From the NCBI GenBank assembly GCA_015064385.1, contig SVSI01000009.1, positions 126 to 64,125 on the forward strand: a stretch of 64,000 nucleotides of DNA, written 5' to 3'. Position 1 is the first letter of the stretch. Each line of letters starts with the position of its first letter. The DNA comes from Oscillospiraceae bacterium (GTDB lineage Bacteria; Bacillota; Clostridia; Oscillospirales; CAG-272). Shown here piece after piece: positions 35,030 to 43,593 of the stretch. A program made the position numbers and the translations under genes. The notes beneath the pieces are model-generated. The model saw only the letters and a list, made by a program, of their open reading frames with translations, was not told the DNA's origin and did not search any database.

Positions 35030-35983
35030 ATGACTAAAGAAGGGGCAAAAAGGATCTTTTACGGCGGCGTTATCGTTTTCTTTTTCGCTCTGGTGATAAG
35101 CAGGGCGCCGCAAAGCAGAGAGGTGCTCGTTTTAAGTGCACAAAACTGCTTTTTCACGGTCATACCCGCCGTTTTTCCGTGCGCCGTGCTTGGTGCTCTT
35201 ATCGGTACGGGTGTTGCCGAATTTCCCGAATTTCTGAAGCGTGCAATTTCCTTTGTGTTCGGAGTAAGCAGGGAAGGGGCAGGTGCGCTTCTTGCCGGAC
35301 TTTTTGCGGGATTTCCCGTCGGCGCCTCGGGCGCTTCGGGACTTTATGCCCGAAAGAGGATAGACGGGGACGATCTCTGCCGTATTGCCGCCTTTTCCGC
35401 AACTCCGGGATGTGCCTTCGTAATATCGGGAGTCGGCTCGGGAATGTTTGACAGCACGAGAACGGGCGCCGTGATCTATATTACCGTAATTGCTGCGGTG
35501 TTTTTAGTCGGCTTTTTGACTAAAAACGGAAAAAACGTCAGAAAAGACGACTTTTCTGACGACAGATCGTTTGTCTTGCAGACACCGACTCTTTTTGAGG
35601 CGCTTACCGAGTCGGTTATGAAAAGTGCGCTCGCGATGCTGAATCTTACTGCTTTTCTCGTCTTTTTCTCGCTTCTTGCTTCCTTTTCGTCCGAGATTAT
35701 CAGCGCGGCAAAGCTGCCCGAGGCAGTGGGCAAGATCCTGTCGGGACTCCTGGAGGTAACCCTCGGATGTCAAAGCGCGAGCGGGACGGCGGGGCGAACC
35801 GGGAAATTACTTGCCGTAATTTTCTGCTCGTTCGGTGGACTTTCGGTACAGATGCAGACCTTGTCGGTTTGCGCTCCATGCAAAGTAAAGGGACTTGCGG
35901 GAAGGATGTTTTTTCTTCGATCGCTTATCACGGCGTGCGCTGCCGTAGTCTTTGCCGTCCTTGGTACGGCGGGACTCTATTGA
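35030..35983 (+). CDS. nucleoside-recognition (Gate) domain membrane protein, YlbJ-like sporulation integral membrane protein
   Basis: ATG 35030 follows AGGAGG. FFTVIPAVFPCAVLGALI...LLAGLFAGFPVGASG resembles YlbJ/Gate-domain proteins. Confidence 0.6.
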   Translation: MTKEGAKRIFYGGVIVFFFALVISRAPQSREVLVLSAQNCFFTVIPAVFPCAVLGALIGTGVAEFPEFLKRAISFVFGVSREGAGALLAGLFAGFPVGASGASGLYARKRIDGDDLCRIAAFSATPGCAFVISGVGSGMFDSTRTGAVIYITVIAAVFLVGFLTKNGKNVRKDDFSDDRSFVLQTPTLFEALTESVMKSALAMLNLTAFLVFFSLLASFSSEIISAAKLPEAVGKILSGLLEVTLGCQSASGTAGRTGKLLAVIFCSFGGLSVQMQTLSVCAPCKVKGLAGRMFFLRSLITACAAVVFAVLGTAGLY

Positions 35984-36008
35984 CAAAATCGGATCTCGGG
36001 TGTATAAT
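35980..36008 (+). promoter_or_regulatory. consensus sigma-A promoter of the HAD hydrolase gene
   Basis: TTGACA (35980-35985), 17 bp spacer, TGtTATAAT (36000-36008). Confidence 0.8.
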
Positions 36009-36051
36009 ACTACGTAGTAAAACGGACGTCAAAACGAAAGAAGTTGTAAAT

Positions 36052-36669
36052 ATGATAAAGAATTTTATTTTCGATCTCGGCAACGTGCTCGTTGACTATA
36101 ATCCAATGCGCTGTATCCTGAAATACGTGCGTAATATCTCGGATGCGAATTACATTGCCTCGGCGGTATTTGAGTCCGAAGAGTGGAAAATGCTCGACAA
36201 GGGTGAGATAAGCTACGCCGAGGCGCTTGATATATGGAAGGAAAAGGTTCCCGAGCGTCTTTTTGACAGTGTGCGTGAAGTTGTAGAGAATTTCCACTTA
36301 TATCTGCCCGAAAATCCCGAAATGACCGAAATATTGAAAAAGCTCAGCGAGGGAAACAAGAAGATCTATGTACTCTCAAACGTGGGCGAAAGATATCCCG
36401 AGATCGTAAACGGACTCGAGTTTATGAAATACGTAAACGGAGCGGTGCTTTCATACGAGGAAAAGCTCTTGAAGCCCGATCCCGAAATATACGCGCGGCT
36501 AATTCGCAGATACTTTACCGAGCCGAGCGAGACCGTCTTTATAGACGATATGGTCGAAAACGTAGCCATTGCGAAAAAATTCGGAATGGCGGGATACGTT
36601 TACGACGGAGACGGAGAAAAGCTTTACGATACTTTTGAAAATCTCGGCTTTTTCGAGCCGTTAGCGTGA
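36052..36669 (+). CDS. HAD-superfamily hydrolase
   Basis: From the internal Met: MIKNFIFDLGNVLVDY (motif I), SNVG (motif II), KPDPEIY...FIDD (motifs III/IV). The ORF-track start 35767 lies upstream of the promoter. Confidence 0.8.
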   Translation: MIKNFIFDLGNVLVDYNPMRCILKYVRNISDANYIASAVFESEEWKMLDKGEISYAEALDIWKEKVPERLFDSVREVVENFHLYLPENPEMTEILKKLSEGNKKIYVLSNVGERYPEIVNGLEFMKYVNGAVLSYEEKLLKPDPEIYARLIRRYFTEPSETVFIDDMVENVAIAKKFGMAGYVYDGDGEKLYDTFENLGFFEPLA

Positions 36670-36754
36670 AAAGAAAAGGAGATCTGTTATGGAAATTCTA
36701 AAAATACTTCCGATCCTCGTTACCGTGTTTTTCTAGGTAATACTTCTTCTGACT

Positions 36755-39271
36755 TTGCTTGTAGAAATTCTTAAAGGGCGCTCAAAGGGACTTTTTCCCA
36801 CGCTTATGAGGATAGTATTCATAATACTTTCGGCAATATTTGCCGCTCTCCTCTCGCCTGTGATAGGCCGTCTTATAGGCGGTGCGCTCGTCTCAAAAAT
36901 AGGAGAGCTTATTTCGCAGGTATTTCCTGCGTACGGAGACGTGATCGCAATGAGCCCGACTGCCGAGGCAATACTCGCGAGTGTTCCCGCAAGCATCATT
37001 TCGGTGGTGCTCTACATATTCTTCTTCATAATATTCCATCTGCTTATGCTCATACCGAAGCATATAATCACAAAGCAGGTATTTGAAAGATTTTTTCCGA
37101 ATATGCCCAAGATAAGATGGGCGGGTGCGCTTTGCGGCACGATCGCGGGCGTTGCAATGTTCGTATGTATAACCGCTCCTCTCTGCGGAACGCTCGATTT
37201 TGTCGGAGACGTCGGGGTGACCGTCAGCTCGCTTGCGCAGAAGGACGAAGACGCTCAGGGCGGCGAGGGATTTGATATCTACGAGGACGTCATTGAGCCG
37301 ACGAGCAATAATTTCTACGTAAAATTCACCTCCGTGCTCGGAGGCAGACCGATATACAACCGCCTTACGGTACTTAAGATAGACGGTGAAAAGGTAAGCG
37401 TAAGCCGTGAGCTTGACGTGCTTGCCGACGTACTGTCCTCGGTAAAGCCGATGATGGGCGAAAAGGGTATGGCGTCGCTTAAACGCGAAAATATAGATAC
37501 TCTCGCGAGTGCCTCGGGACGACTTCCCGAGACGAAGATAGTTTCCGGACTTCTGGCAGATATACTCTCGGGTGCTGCTAAAAAGTGGGAGGCAGGAGAA
37601 AGCTTCCTCGGAATATCCGTGTCTGCGGGAGAGGGAAGCTCTGCCGACTTTCTCAAGGAATTTCTGATAGCGTTCAAAGGCACTACCAAAGCTACGGTCG
37701 GAGAGGATATCGGCACGCTTGCAGGTGTGCTCGGGATCCTTTACGATAACGGTATGCTTGAAACTAAAAACGGTGCGTCTATGACCGACTCACTTAAGAA
37801 CGACGGATTTATCTCTAAGCTTCTTGAGGCGGTTATGAAAAACGAGCGCTTCAGCGGTACTGCCGCTTCGATCATAAATCTCGGCGTTAAGTCAACGCTC
37901 GACACTCTCGGAGTTCCGGAAAACAGTGAGGCGGTTTACGATAATTTCGTTTCTGACGTTGCAAATATAGTAAACTCTCAGCCGAGCGAGGAAAAGCTAT
38001 TGCAAAAGACCTACGATAGCTTTGAAGCTCACGGAGTCAAGACTGATAAGCGAGTTACGGATCTTACCGCAAGCTATCTCGATAAGCAGTTCGGCGACCG
38101 CACGGACGTTACCTCTGAAGAGATCACCGCGTTTTTTGCGGTAGCATTTGCGGAAAAGGCAGTCCGCGCGAGAGGACCGATCGCAGAGTCTGCGGCAAGT
38201 GAGCTTTGCGGAGAGCTTAGTGCTCTCAAGGACGACGCGAGCATAAACTGGGAAGCTCTCGGCTCTATCGCGTCAAGAGAGGACTTCATAACGAGTGCTC
38301 TCACCTACGAGACCATTACCGTGACCAAAAACGCGCTTAGCGCGATCGGTGCCGAAAAGCTGGGCGTCGAATGCGATAAGATCGAGGAAATGATACGCAA
38401 ATTCCTTTATTTCTCCGATTCTTCAAAGGGAGTAAACGCTATTGAATCGGGCGACGTAGCGTCGCTCGGAAGCGCGCTCAATATAATTGAAGAGAGCGCA
38501 ATTCTCGGCGAGATATCCGAGGATATGATCCGTGCGATATTCTCTTCAAAGCTCGTTCGTGACCATATCAAGATAAGCGATTCAACTATCGAAAATATGA
38601 TCGCTTCCCACGAGACCGACTATGAAAATATACTCGTTTCGGTTCAGAAGACCACGGGTATAATCAACGGACTCGGCAAGCAGGAGGATAAGATAAGCGA
38701 CGAGGAGCTTGACGAAAAGCTCGAATATCTGCTTGACGATATGTCGCAGAACACTGCAGACGTTATCGGCGAGGTCTTTGATTCCGAAAACGTTCAGAAG
38801 CTCGGAGTTGAGGAAGAAAAGGCAGACAAGATGGCAGATTCGCTCGGCGTATTCTTTGATAAGATGGCAAACAGCGATGCGGATACGTCGAACCCCGAGG
38901 ACAAGGACGTGAAGGCGTCCAAGGCGGTATTCAAGTTTATGGCAGCGTCCAAGACGAATACCGATAACGTCTTCGAGGAAACGGGACTCACGCCCGACGA
39001 AACGGTCAAGACCTTTATGGACTCCGAGATATCAAGAGAGACCATTATCGAAGCATCGTACAGCGAAGACGGCGTACAGATGGACTCCTTCGGACTTGCA
39101 GGTAAGCTTGACGACAAGGGAAGAAACGAAGCACTTGCTTCGATGGAGGAGCACGTAAAGGAAAATTACGAGAATGAGGAGGATAAAGAGCAGTACGAAA
39201 AGACTGTTATCGCTATCGGAGCACTTCTCGGAATGGACGTTTCGGACGATCTTGCGTCGTGGATAAATTAA
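36755..39271 (+). CDS. CvpA-like N-terminal membrane domain fused to a long acidic helical region; longest uninterrupted ORF
   Basis: 838-aa ORF from a TTG with no SD. An in-frame ATG at 36689 has a good SD (AAAGGAG) but is separated from this ORF by TAG 36734-36736. TM helices are followed by about 650 aa of acidic helical sequence. Confidence 0.7.
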   Translation: MLVEILKGRSKGLFPTLMRIVFIILSAIFAALLSPVIGRLIGGALVSKIGELISQVFPAYGDVIAMSPTAEAILASVPASIISVVLYIFFFIIFHLLMLIPKHIITKQVFERFFPNMPKIRWAGALCGTIAGVAMFVCITAPLCGTLDFVGDVGVTVSSLAQKDEDAQGGEGFDIYEDVIEPTSNNFYVKFTSVLGGRPIYNRLTVLKIDGEKVSVSRELDVLADVLSSVKPMMGEKGMASLKRENIDTLASASGRLPETKIVSGLLADILSGAAKKWEAGESFLGISVSAGEGSSADFLKEFLIAFKGTTKATVGEDIGTLAGVLGILYDNGMLETKNGASMTDSLKNDGFISKLLEAVMKNERFSGTAASIINLGVKSTLDTLGVPENSEAVYDNFVSDVANIVNSQPSEEKLLQKTYDSFEAHGVKTDKRVTDLTASYLDKQFGDRTDVTSEEITAFFAVAFAEKAVRARGPIAESAASELCGELSALKDDASINWEALGSIASREDFITSALTYETITVTKNALSAIGAEKLGVECDKIEEMIRKFLYFSDSSKGVNAIESGDVASLGSALNIIEESAILGEISEDMIRAIFSSKLVRDHIKISDSTIENMIASHETDYENILVSVQKTTGIINGLGKQEDKISDEELDEKLEYLLDDMSQNTADVIGEVFDSENVQKLGVEEEKADKMADSLGVFFDKMANSDADTSNPEDKDVKASKAVFKFMAASKTNTDNVFEETGLTPDETVKTFMDSEISRETIIEASYSEDGVQMDSFGLAGKLDDKGRNEALASMEEHVKENYENEEDKEQYEKTVIAIGALLGMDVSDDLASWIN

Positions 39272-39301
39272 AAAACAAAACAAGTAAACAAACACAAAAA
39301 A

Positions 39302-39332
39302 GAAGCGTCCGAGCAAAATTCTCGGACGCTTC
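39302..39332. terminator. perfect 12-bp hairpin after the 838-aa gene; its U-tract is on the opposite strand only
   Basis: GAAGCGTCCGAG (39302-39313) / CTCGGACGCTTC (39321-39332). The A-run is upstream and GC-rich sequence is downstream on the + strand. Confidence 0.4.
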
Positions 39333-39373
39333 GCACGCCTGAAGCGGCATGGCCGCGCGGAGGTATTTTATTT

Positions 39374-40333
39374 ATGAAGGTTACAGTTATCGGATGCGGA
39401 CGCTGGGGAACTTTTCTGGCGTGGTATCTTGACAAGATAGGACACAGCGTAACGCTCTACGGACGCAAAGATTCAAGAAGAATGAAGGAGCTTACCGAGA
39501 GCCGCAGTAACGGTACGGTAGAGCTGCCCGAGAGTATCGCTTTATCTACCTGCCTTGAAGACGCAAAGGATGCGGAAACGATAATAATTTCTGTCGATTC
39601 TCAGGGACTCCGCGCTCTTTTTACCGAGCTTTGCGAGCACCGGCTCACCGACAAGGATTTCGTGCTTTGTATGAAGGGAATTGAGATCTCAAGCGGAAAG
39701 CGTCTTTCGGAGATTGCCGACGAATTCGTCACAGAAAAGGGAAGCGTTTCGGTCTGGCTCGGTCCCGGACACGTTCAGGAGTTTTACGCGGGTATTCCGA
39801 ACTGTATGGTCATAGACGGTAAAAACGAGAACATTAAAAGGCGTTTGGTCAACGAGTTTTCAAGCGAGCTTATCCGCCTTTATTACGGAGACGATCTCAT
39901 AGGAAACGAGGTCGGCGCGGCGGCGAAAAACGTGATCGGAATTGCTGCGGGAATGCTTGACGGCAAACAAAGATCGTCGCTCAAGGGCGCTCTTATGGCA
40001 AGAGGCGCAAGAGAGATCTCCCGACTTATAAAGGCAATGGGAGGACACGAAATATCGGCTTACGGACTTTGCCATCTCGGAGATTACGAGGCAACCGTTT
40101 TCTCCAAATTCAGTCATAACAGAATGTACGGCCAGGCGTTCATAACGGGCGAAAAATGCGAAGTGCTTGCCGAGGGATACTACACGGTAAAGGCGCTTAT
40201 GGCGCTTGAAGAAAGGTACGGCGTTGAGCTTCCGATATGCAGAACGGTATATTCGCTGATATACGAAAATAAAGAGCCGCTCGAGGCGCTTAACGCGCTT
40301 TTCGAGAGAAAGCTTACAACCGAATTTTATTAA
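39374..40333 (+). CDS. gpsA: NAD(P)H-dependent glycerol-3-phosphate dehydrogenase-like protein
   Basis: MKVTVIGCGRWGTFLA (Rossmann GxGxxG), AAKNVIGIAAG, ALMARGAREISRL. Slightly shorter than typical GpsA. Confidence 0.75.
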   Translation: MKVTVIGCGRWGTFLAWYLDKIGHSVTLYGRKDSRRMKELTESRSNGTVELPESIALSTCLEDAKDAETIIISVDSQGLRALFTELCEHRLTDKDFVLCMKGIEISSGKRLSEIADEFVTEKGSVSVWLGPGHVQEFYAGIPNCMVIDGKNENIKRRLVNEFSSELIRLYYGDDLIGNEVGAAAKNVIGIAAGMLDGKQRSSLKGALMARGAREISRLIKAMGGHEISAYGLCHLGDYEATVFSKFSHNRMYGQAFITGEKCEVLAEGYYTVKALMALEERYGVELPICRTVYSLIYENKEPLEALNALFERKLTTEFY

Positions 40334-40337
40334 AATA

Positions 40338-40376
40338 AAAAGCACTTGCCTCGGCAAGTGCTTTTTCGTGTTTTTA
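40338..40376. terminator. bidirectional terminator
   Basis: AAAAGCACTTGCC (40338-40350) / GGCAAGTGCTTTT (40353-40365), then TCGTGTTTTT. Confidence 0.85.
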
Positions 40377-40577
40377 TTTTGCGTCTTGTTTTTCTTCGGA
40401 TTTTGTCGGTACCGCTATCTCGCCCTCGGTTTTTTCAAAATTCCTTATTTCCTGTCTTATTAAGTAAAGAATTTCTCCGTTTGCCGAGCGTCCGTAGTAT
40501 TTTGAAATGTAGTGAAGCTTAAAGTGAAGATCCGGATCGATTTCTATTCCAAGATGTTTGTTGTTCTTGTTTCTCAT
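40374..40577 (-). CDS. ribbon-helix-helix (Arc/CopG-like) DNA-binding protein
   Basis: 67 aa. LGIEIDPDLHFKLHYISKYYGRSANGEILYLIRQEI fits a beta-strand/helix/helix RHH layout. AT-rich. Confidence 0.6.
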   Translation of the reverse strand: MRNKNNKHLGIEIDPDLHFKLHYISKYYGRSANGEILYLIRQEIRNFEKTEGEIAVPTKSEEKQDAK

Positions 40578-40591
40578 AAAATCTCCTAAAA

Positions 40592-40619
40592 AATCTTAAT
40601 ATAAGTACATTTTAAGATT
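40592..40619. promoter_or_regulatory. candidate operator: 8-bp inverted repeat in the divergent promoter region
   Basis: AATCTTAA (40592-40599), 12 nt spacer, TTAAGATT (40612-40619). The right arm lies in the spacer upstream of the extended -10 TGtTATAAT (40626-40634) of the + gene. Confidence 0.35.
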
Positions 40620-40688
40620 ATTTTATGTTATAATGTTGTTGGTATACTCTATTTAAGTATACTAAATATTAAACAGGGAGAAGATTTT

Positions 40689-41018
40689 ATGAAAATTGCA
40701 ATAATCGGGTCTAGGAATATTACGGTATGTGATATCGAGAAGTATGTGAATGGGGCTAACGAAATAGTTTCGGGAGGTGCTTCCGGAGTTGATTCTTGTG
40801 CTGCTGTATATGCCAGAGCAAACAACTTAAAGCTTACGGTGTTTTTGCCTGAATACGAGCGTTACGGACGTGCGGCACCGATAATCAGAAATAAAAAGAT
40901 AGTTGACTATGCAGATAAGGTGTTTGCCTTTTGGGATGGAAACTCAAAAGGAACATTGTCTGTCATAAAATACGCCGAAAAGACAAAAAAGCCGTGTGAG
41001 GTGATAATAATTAAATAA
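40689..41018 (+). CDS. DUF2493 / SLOG (DprA-LOG-like Rossmannoid) family small protein
   Basis: 109 aa. MKIAIIGSRN...IVSGGASGVDSCAA...FWDGNSKGT resembles the DUF2493/SLOG pattern (from memory). GGGAGAAG SD. AT-rich. Confidence 0.6.
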   Translation: MKIAIIGSRNITVCDIEKYVNGANEIVSGGASGVDSCAAVYARANNLKLTVFLPEYERYGRAAPIIRNKKIVDYADKVFAFWDGNSKGTLSVIKYAEKTKKPCEVIIIK

Positions 41019-41021
41019 TAT

Positions 41022-41055
41022 GCGGGAGGCATTTGCCTCCCGCCGATTGTTTTTT
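41022..41055. terminator. bidirectional terminator
   Basis: GCGGGAGGC (41022-41030) / GCCTCCCGC (41035-41043), then GATTGTTTTTT. Confidence 0.8.
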
Positions 41056-41058
41056 ATC

Positions 41059-41667
41059 TCAAAGCTCCTTGAACACCTCTGCACCCTGCTTACAAACGGG
41101 GCAAACGAAATCCTCGGGGAGGGTATCTCCCTCGTAAACGTATCCGCAGACCGTGCAAACGAATCCCTTTTTCTTTTGCTGTGTGTTTTTGGTGTGGCTT
41201 CTGTAATACGAGTAGGTAATAGTCTCCTCGCTCGAGATCTCCTTCGCCTCGGTAACGTCACAGATAAAGAGAGTGTGCGTTCCGAGATCGGTAGAGCTTA
41301 CGACCTTTAGAGAAATAAACGCGTTTATATTGTCAATAAGAACGGGAACACCGTTTTCGGCGCGCCAGAATTCAACTCCGGAAAACTTGTCGGCGTCTCT
41401 TCCGCTCTGGAAGCCGAAATTCTTGAACAGATCAAACGGTGCGTCTTTAGTGATGCAATTTAGATTGAATTTGCCCGTTTTGACTACGAGACCGTGCGAG
41501 AAATTGTCTTTGTTCAGTGCTACCGCAACGCGCGCGGGAGTGCTCGTTACCTGCATAACGGCGTCAACTATACAGCCGTTGTCCTTTTCGCCGTCGCTCG
41601 TCGTTAGAACGTACAGTCCGTATTCGATCTTAAAAAGAGCAGAAGCTTCTATTTTTTCTATATTCAT
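41059..41667 (-). CDS. flavin reductase-like domain fused to C-terminal rubredoxin (high-molecular-weight rubredoxin type)
   Basis: N-terminal FMN-binding split-barrel-like region, and a C-terminal CTVCGYVYEG...FVCPVCK rubredoxin motif. Confidence 0.85.
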   Translation of the reverse strand: MNIEKIEASALFKIEYGLYVLTTSDGEKDNGCIVDAVMQVTSTPARVAVALNKDNFSHGLVVKTGKFNLNCITKDAPFDLFKNFGFQSGRDADKFSGVEFWRAENGVPVLIDNINAFISLKVVSSTDLGTHTLFICDVTEAKEISSEETITYSYYRSHTKNTQQKKKGFVCTVCGYVYEGDTLPEDFVCPVCKQGAEVFKEL

Positions 41668-41766
41668 ATTTCCCTCCGTTTGGTTCTATCTGATATTTAT
41701 TATATCACTTTTTTTGGAAAAGTAAATAGGAAACGGGCAAAATATGCTTTTGCGTCCTCAAAAAAC

Positions 41767-41795
41767 TTGAAAAAGAGAAAAAGCTGTGATATACT
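41767..41795 (+). promoter_or_regulatory. sigma-A promoter of the Crp/Fnr regulator gene
   Basis: TTGAAA (41767-41772), 17 bp spacer, TGaTATACT (41787-41795). Confidence 0.65.
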
Positions 41796-41825
41796 TATAA
41801 AAAAGACGAAGGGAGGCGGGCGATA

Positions 41826-42479
41826 ATGTATAATATCATATCCGAAAACAAGCTTTTTGCGGGACTTTCAAAAGAAGATATAGATTACGCGCTCTCCTTC
41901 TTTTCCGCACGCTCGGAGGAATACAAAAAGGGCGATATGATGCACGTCGCGGGCGAAAAGCTATCCGCATTCGGGCTCGTAATTTCGGGAACTGTTCAGG
42001 TCGGTACCTTTGATTACGACGGAAACTCTATCATTATGGCGGTAGTTACCAAAGGTCACAGCTTCGGAGAGTCGCTCTGCTTTCTCGGAAGAGAGTCGTC
42101 GGTTTACATTCAGGCGCTCAGTGACACGAAGGTCATCTGGCTGTCGGCAGACAGGGTAAAAAAACTGTCGTGCGACTCGCGTGAGCTTATGCTGAAGGAG
42201 CGCTTTACATCAGTCCTTGCCGCGAAAACGCTTGAGATGAATGACAGAATACAGATCCTTTCCAAAATAAAGCTGCGTGACCGTCTGATCACCTATTTTT
42301 CGCAAAACGTCGCAAAATACGGAAACGAGTTTAAGCTCCCCTTATCAAGAGAGGATATGGCGGTATATCTTGGAACAAACAGAAGCGCTCTGTCGAGGGA
42401 GCTTGGCAAAATGCGGGACGAGGGCATCATAGAGTTTGAAAGAAACCGCTTTACCGTAAAGGGACGTATGGAAAGCTGA
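41826..42479 (+). CDS. Crp/Fnr family transcriptional regulator
   Basis: cNMP-binding-like N-domain (FGESLCF), and a C-terminal HTH SREDMAVYLGTNRSALSRELGKMRDEGII. Confidence 0.85.
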   Translation: MYNIISENKLFAGLSKEDIDYALSFFSARSEEYKKGDMMHVAGEKLSAFGLVISGTVQVGTFDYDGNSIIMAVVTKGHSFGESLCFLGRESSVYIQALSDTKVIWLSADRVKKLSCDSRELMLKERFTSVLAAKTLEMNDRIQILSKIKLRDRLITYFSQNVAKYGNEFKLPLSREDMAVYLGTNRSALSRELGKMRDEGIIEFERNRFTVKGRMES

Positions 42480-42497
42480 AATTTATATCAAATATTG

Positions 42498-42532
42498 AAA
42501 TTGCGTTGCATTTGCAACGCAATTTGTTTTTT
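42498..42532 (+). terminator. rho-independent terminator
   Basis: AAATTGCGTTGC (42498-42509) / GCAACGCAATTT (42514-42525), followed by GTTTTTT. Confidence 0.85.
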
Positions 42533-42576
42533 ATATAGGTTATAATATAGAAAACAACAAGGAAAGGTACGGAAAA

Positions 42577-43584
42577 ATGAAAAAAATAATATCAATGCTT
42601 CTTCTGAGCACAATGCTCATTTTCGCGTTTGCTTCGTGCAAAAACGATAAAACCGACGAGGCGCCCGTTACGAACGGCGGTGCCGAGATCAAGATCGCGA
42701 CCCTCAACGGTCCTACGACGATAGGCGTTCTCGGACTTCTTAAGGGAGACGCCGCGAAGGATTCCATCAACACGTACACCTATGATCAGATATACGCGTC
42801 CGCAGATGCGTTTGCTCCCGCTCTTCTCAAAAACGAGATCAACGCGGCGATAATCCCGTGTAACGCGGCGGCAACCCTTTATAAGAACAGCGGCGGAAAG
42901 ATACAGATCGCTGCCGTTAACAATCTCGGAGTTCTTTATATCCTCGAAAAGGGAAATTCGATAAATTCGGTTGCAGATCTTAAGGGAAAAACGATCGTCG
43001 CAACGGGTGCGGGAACCACTCCTCAATACTCGCTTGAATATATCCTGAAAAAGAACGGGCTCACCGTTGGTACCGACGTAAACGTTGAGTACAAGAGCGA
43101 GGCGGCAGAGGTCCTTGCCGCGCTAAAAAAGGGAATGGCAGATATTGCAATGCTTCCTCAGCCCGCTGCTACCAAGGCGACTAAGGCAGTTGAGGGCGTA
43201 AGAGTCGCGCTCGACCTTAACGCAGAGTGGGGTAAGATAGACGAGAGTGCGTCTCTGGTTACAGGAGTGCTCGTTGTTAATACGAAGTTCGCAAGCGAAA
43301 ATCCCGAGGCGGTAAAGGCGCTTCTTCGTGACTACAAGGCGTCCTGCGAGATGGTCGCAAACGACCTCGATAAGATCGCGGATTACGTTGTTGAATTCAA
43401 AATCGGCGGAATAGATCAGGCACCTCTTGCAAAGCTGGCGATACCCCTTTGCAACATCAAATATATGGAAGGCGAAGATATGAAAAAGGCGGTCGGCGGA
43501 TATCTCAAGGTCCTCTTTGACTCAAACCCCGCATCTATCGGCGGAGAGCTTCCCGACGACGGTCTCTACCTTATCCTCGATTAA
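42577..43584 (+). CDS. ABC transporter substrate-binding lipoprotein (NMT1/THI5-like, NitT/TauT type)
   Basis: Lipobox FASC. 335 aa, immediately followed by a cognate permease and ATPase. Confidence 0.75.
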   Translation: MKKIISMLLLSTMLIFAFASCKNDKTDEAPVTNGGAEIKIATLNGPTTIGVLGLLKGDAAKDSINTYTYDQIYASADAFAPALLKNEINAAIIPCNAAATLYKNSGGKIQIAAVNNLGVLYILEKGNSINSVADLKGKTIVATGAGTTPQYSLEYILKKNGLTVGTDVNVEYKSEAAEVLAALKKGMADIAMLPQPAATKATKAVEGVRVALDLNAEWGKIDESASLVTGVLVVNTKFASENPEAVKALLRDYKASCEMVANDLDKIADYVVEFKIGGIDQAPLAKLAIPLCNIKYMEGEDMKKAVGGYLKVLFDSNPASIGGELPDDGLYLILD

Positions 43585-43593
43585 TAGAAATCT

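Noticed and set aside
36734-36736. Interpreting the in-frame TAG as pyrrolysine, or the TAA at 11625 as a reassigned codon.
   Set aside because: No pylTSBCD genes or methylamine methyltransferases are in the window. TAA and TAG clearly act as stops for many neighbouring genes whose ends coincide with terminators. A Pyl residue inside a TM helix has no precedent. I keep this only as something to exclude genome-wide.
41691-41707. Palindrome TGATA-N7-TATCA between the divergent rubredoxin-fusion and Crp/Fnr genes; I considered an FNR, PerR or Rex-type operator.
   Set aside because: Read on the minus strand it is simply an extended -10 promoter element (TGaTATAAT, 41707-41699) about 25 nt upstream of the rubredoxin-fusion gene. 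It does not match the TTGAT-N4-ATCAA, TGTGA-N6-TCACA or PerR-box consensus.
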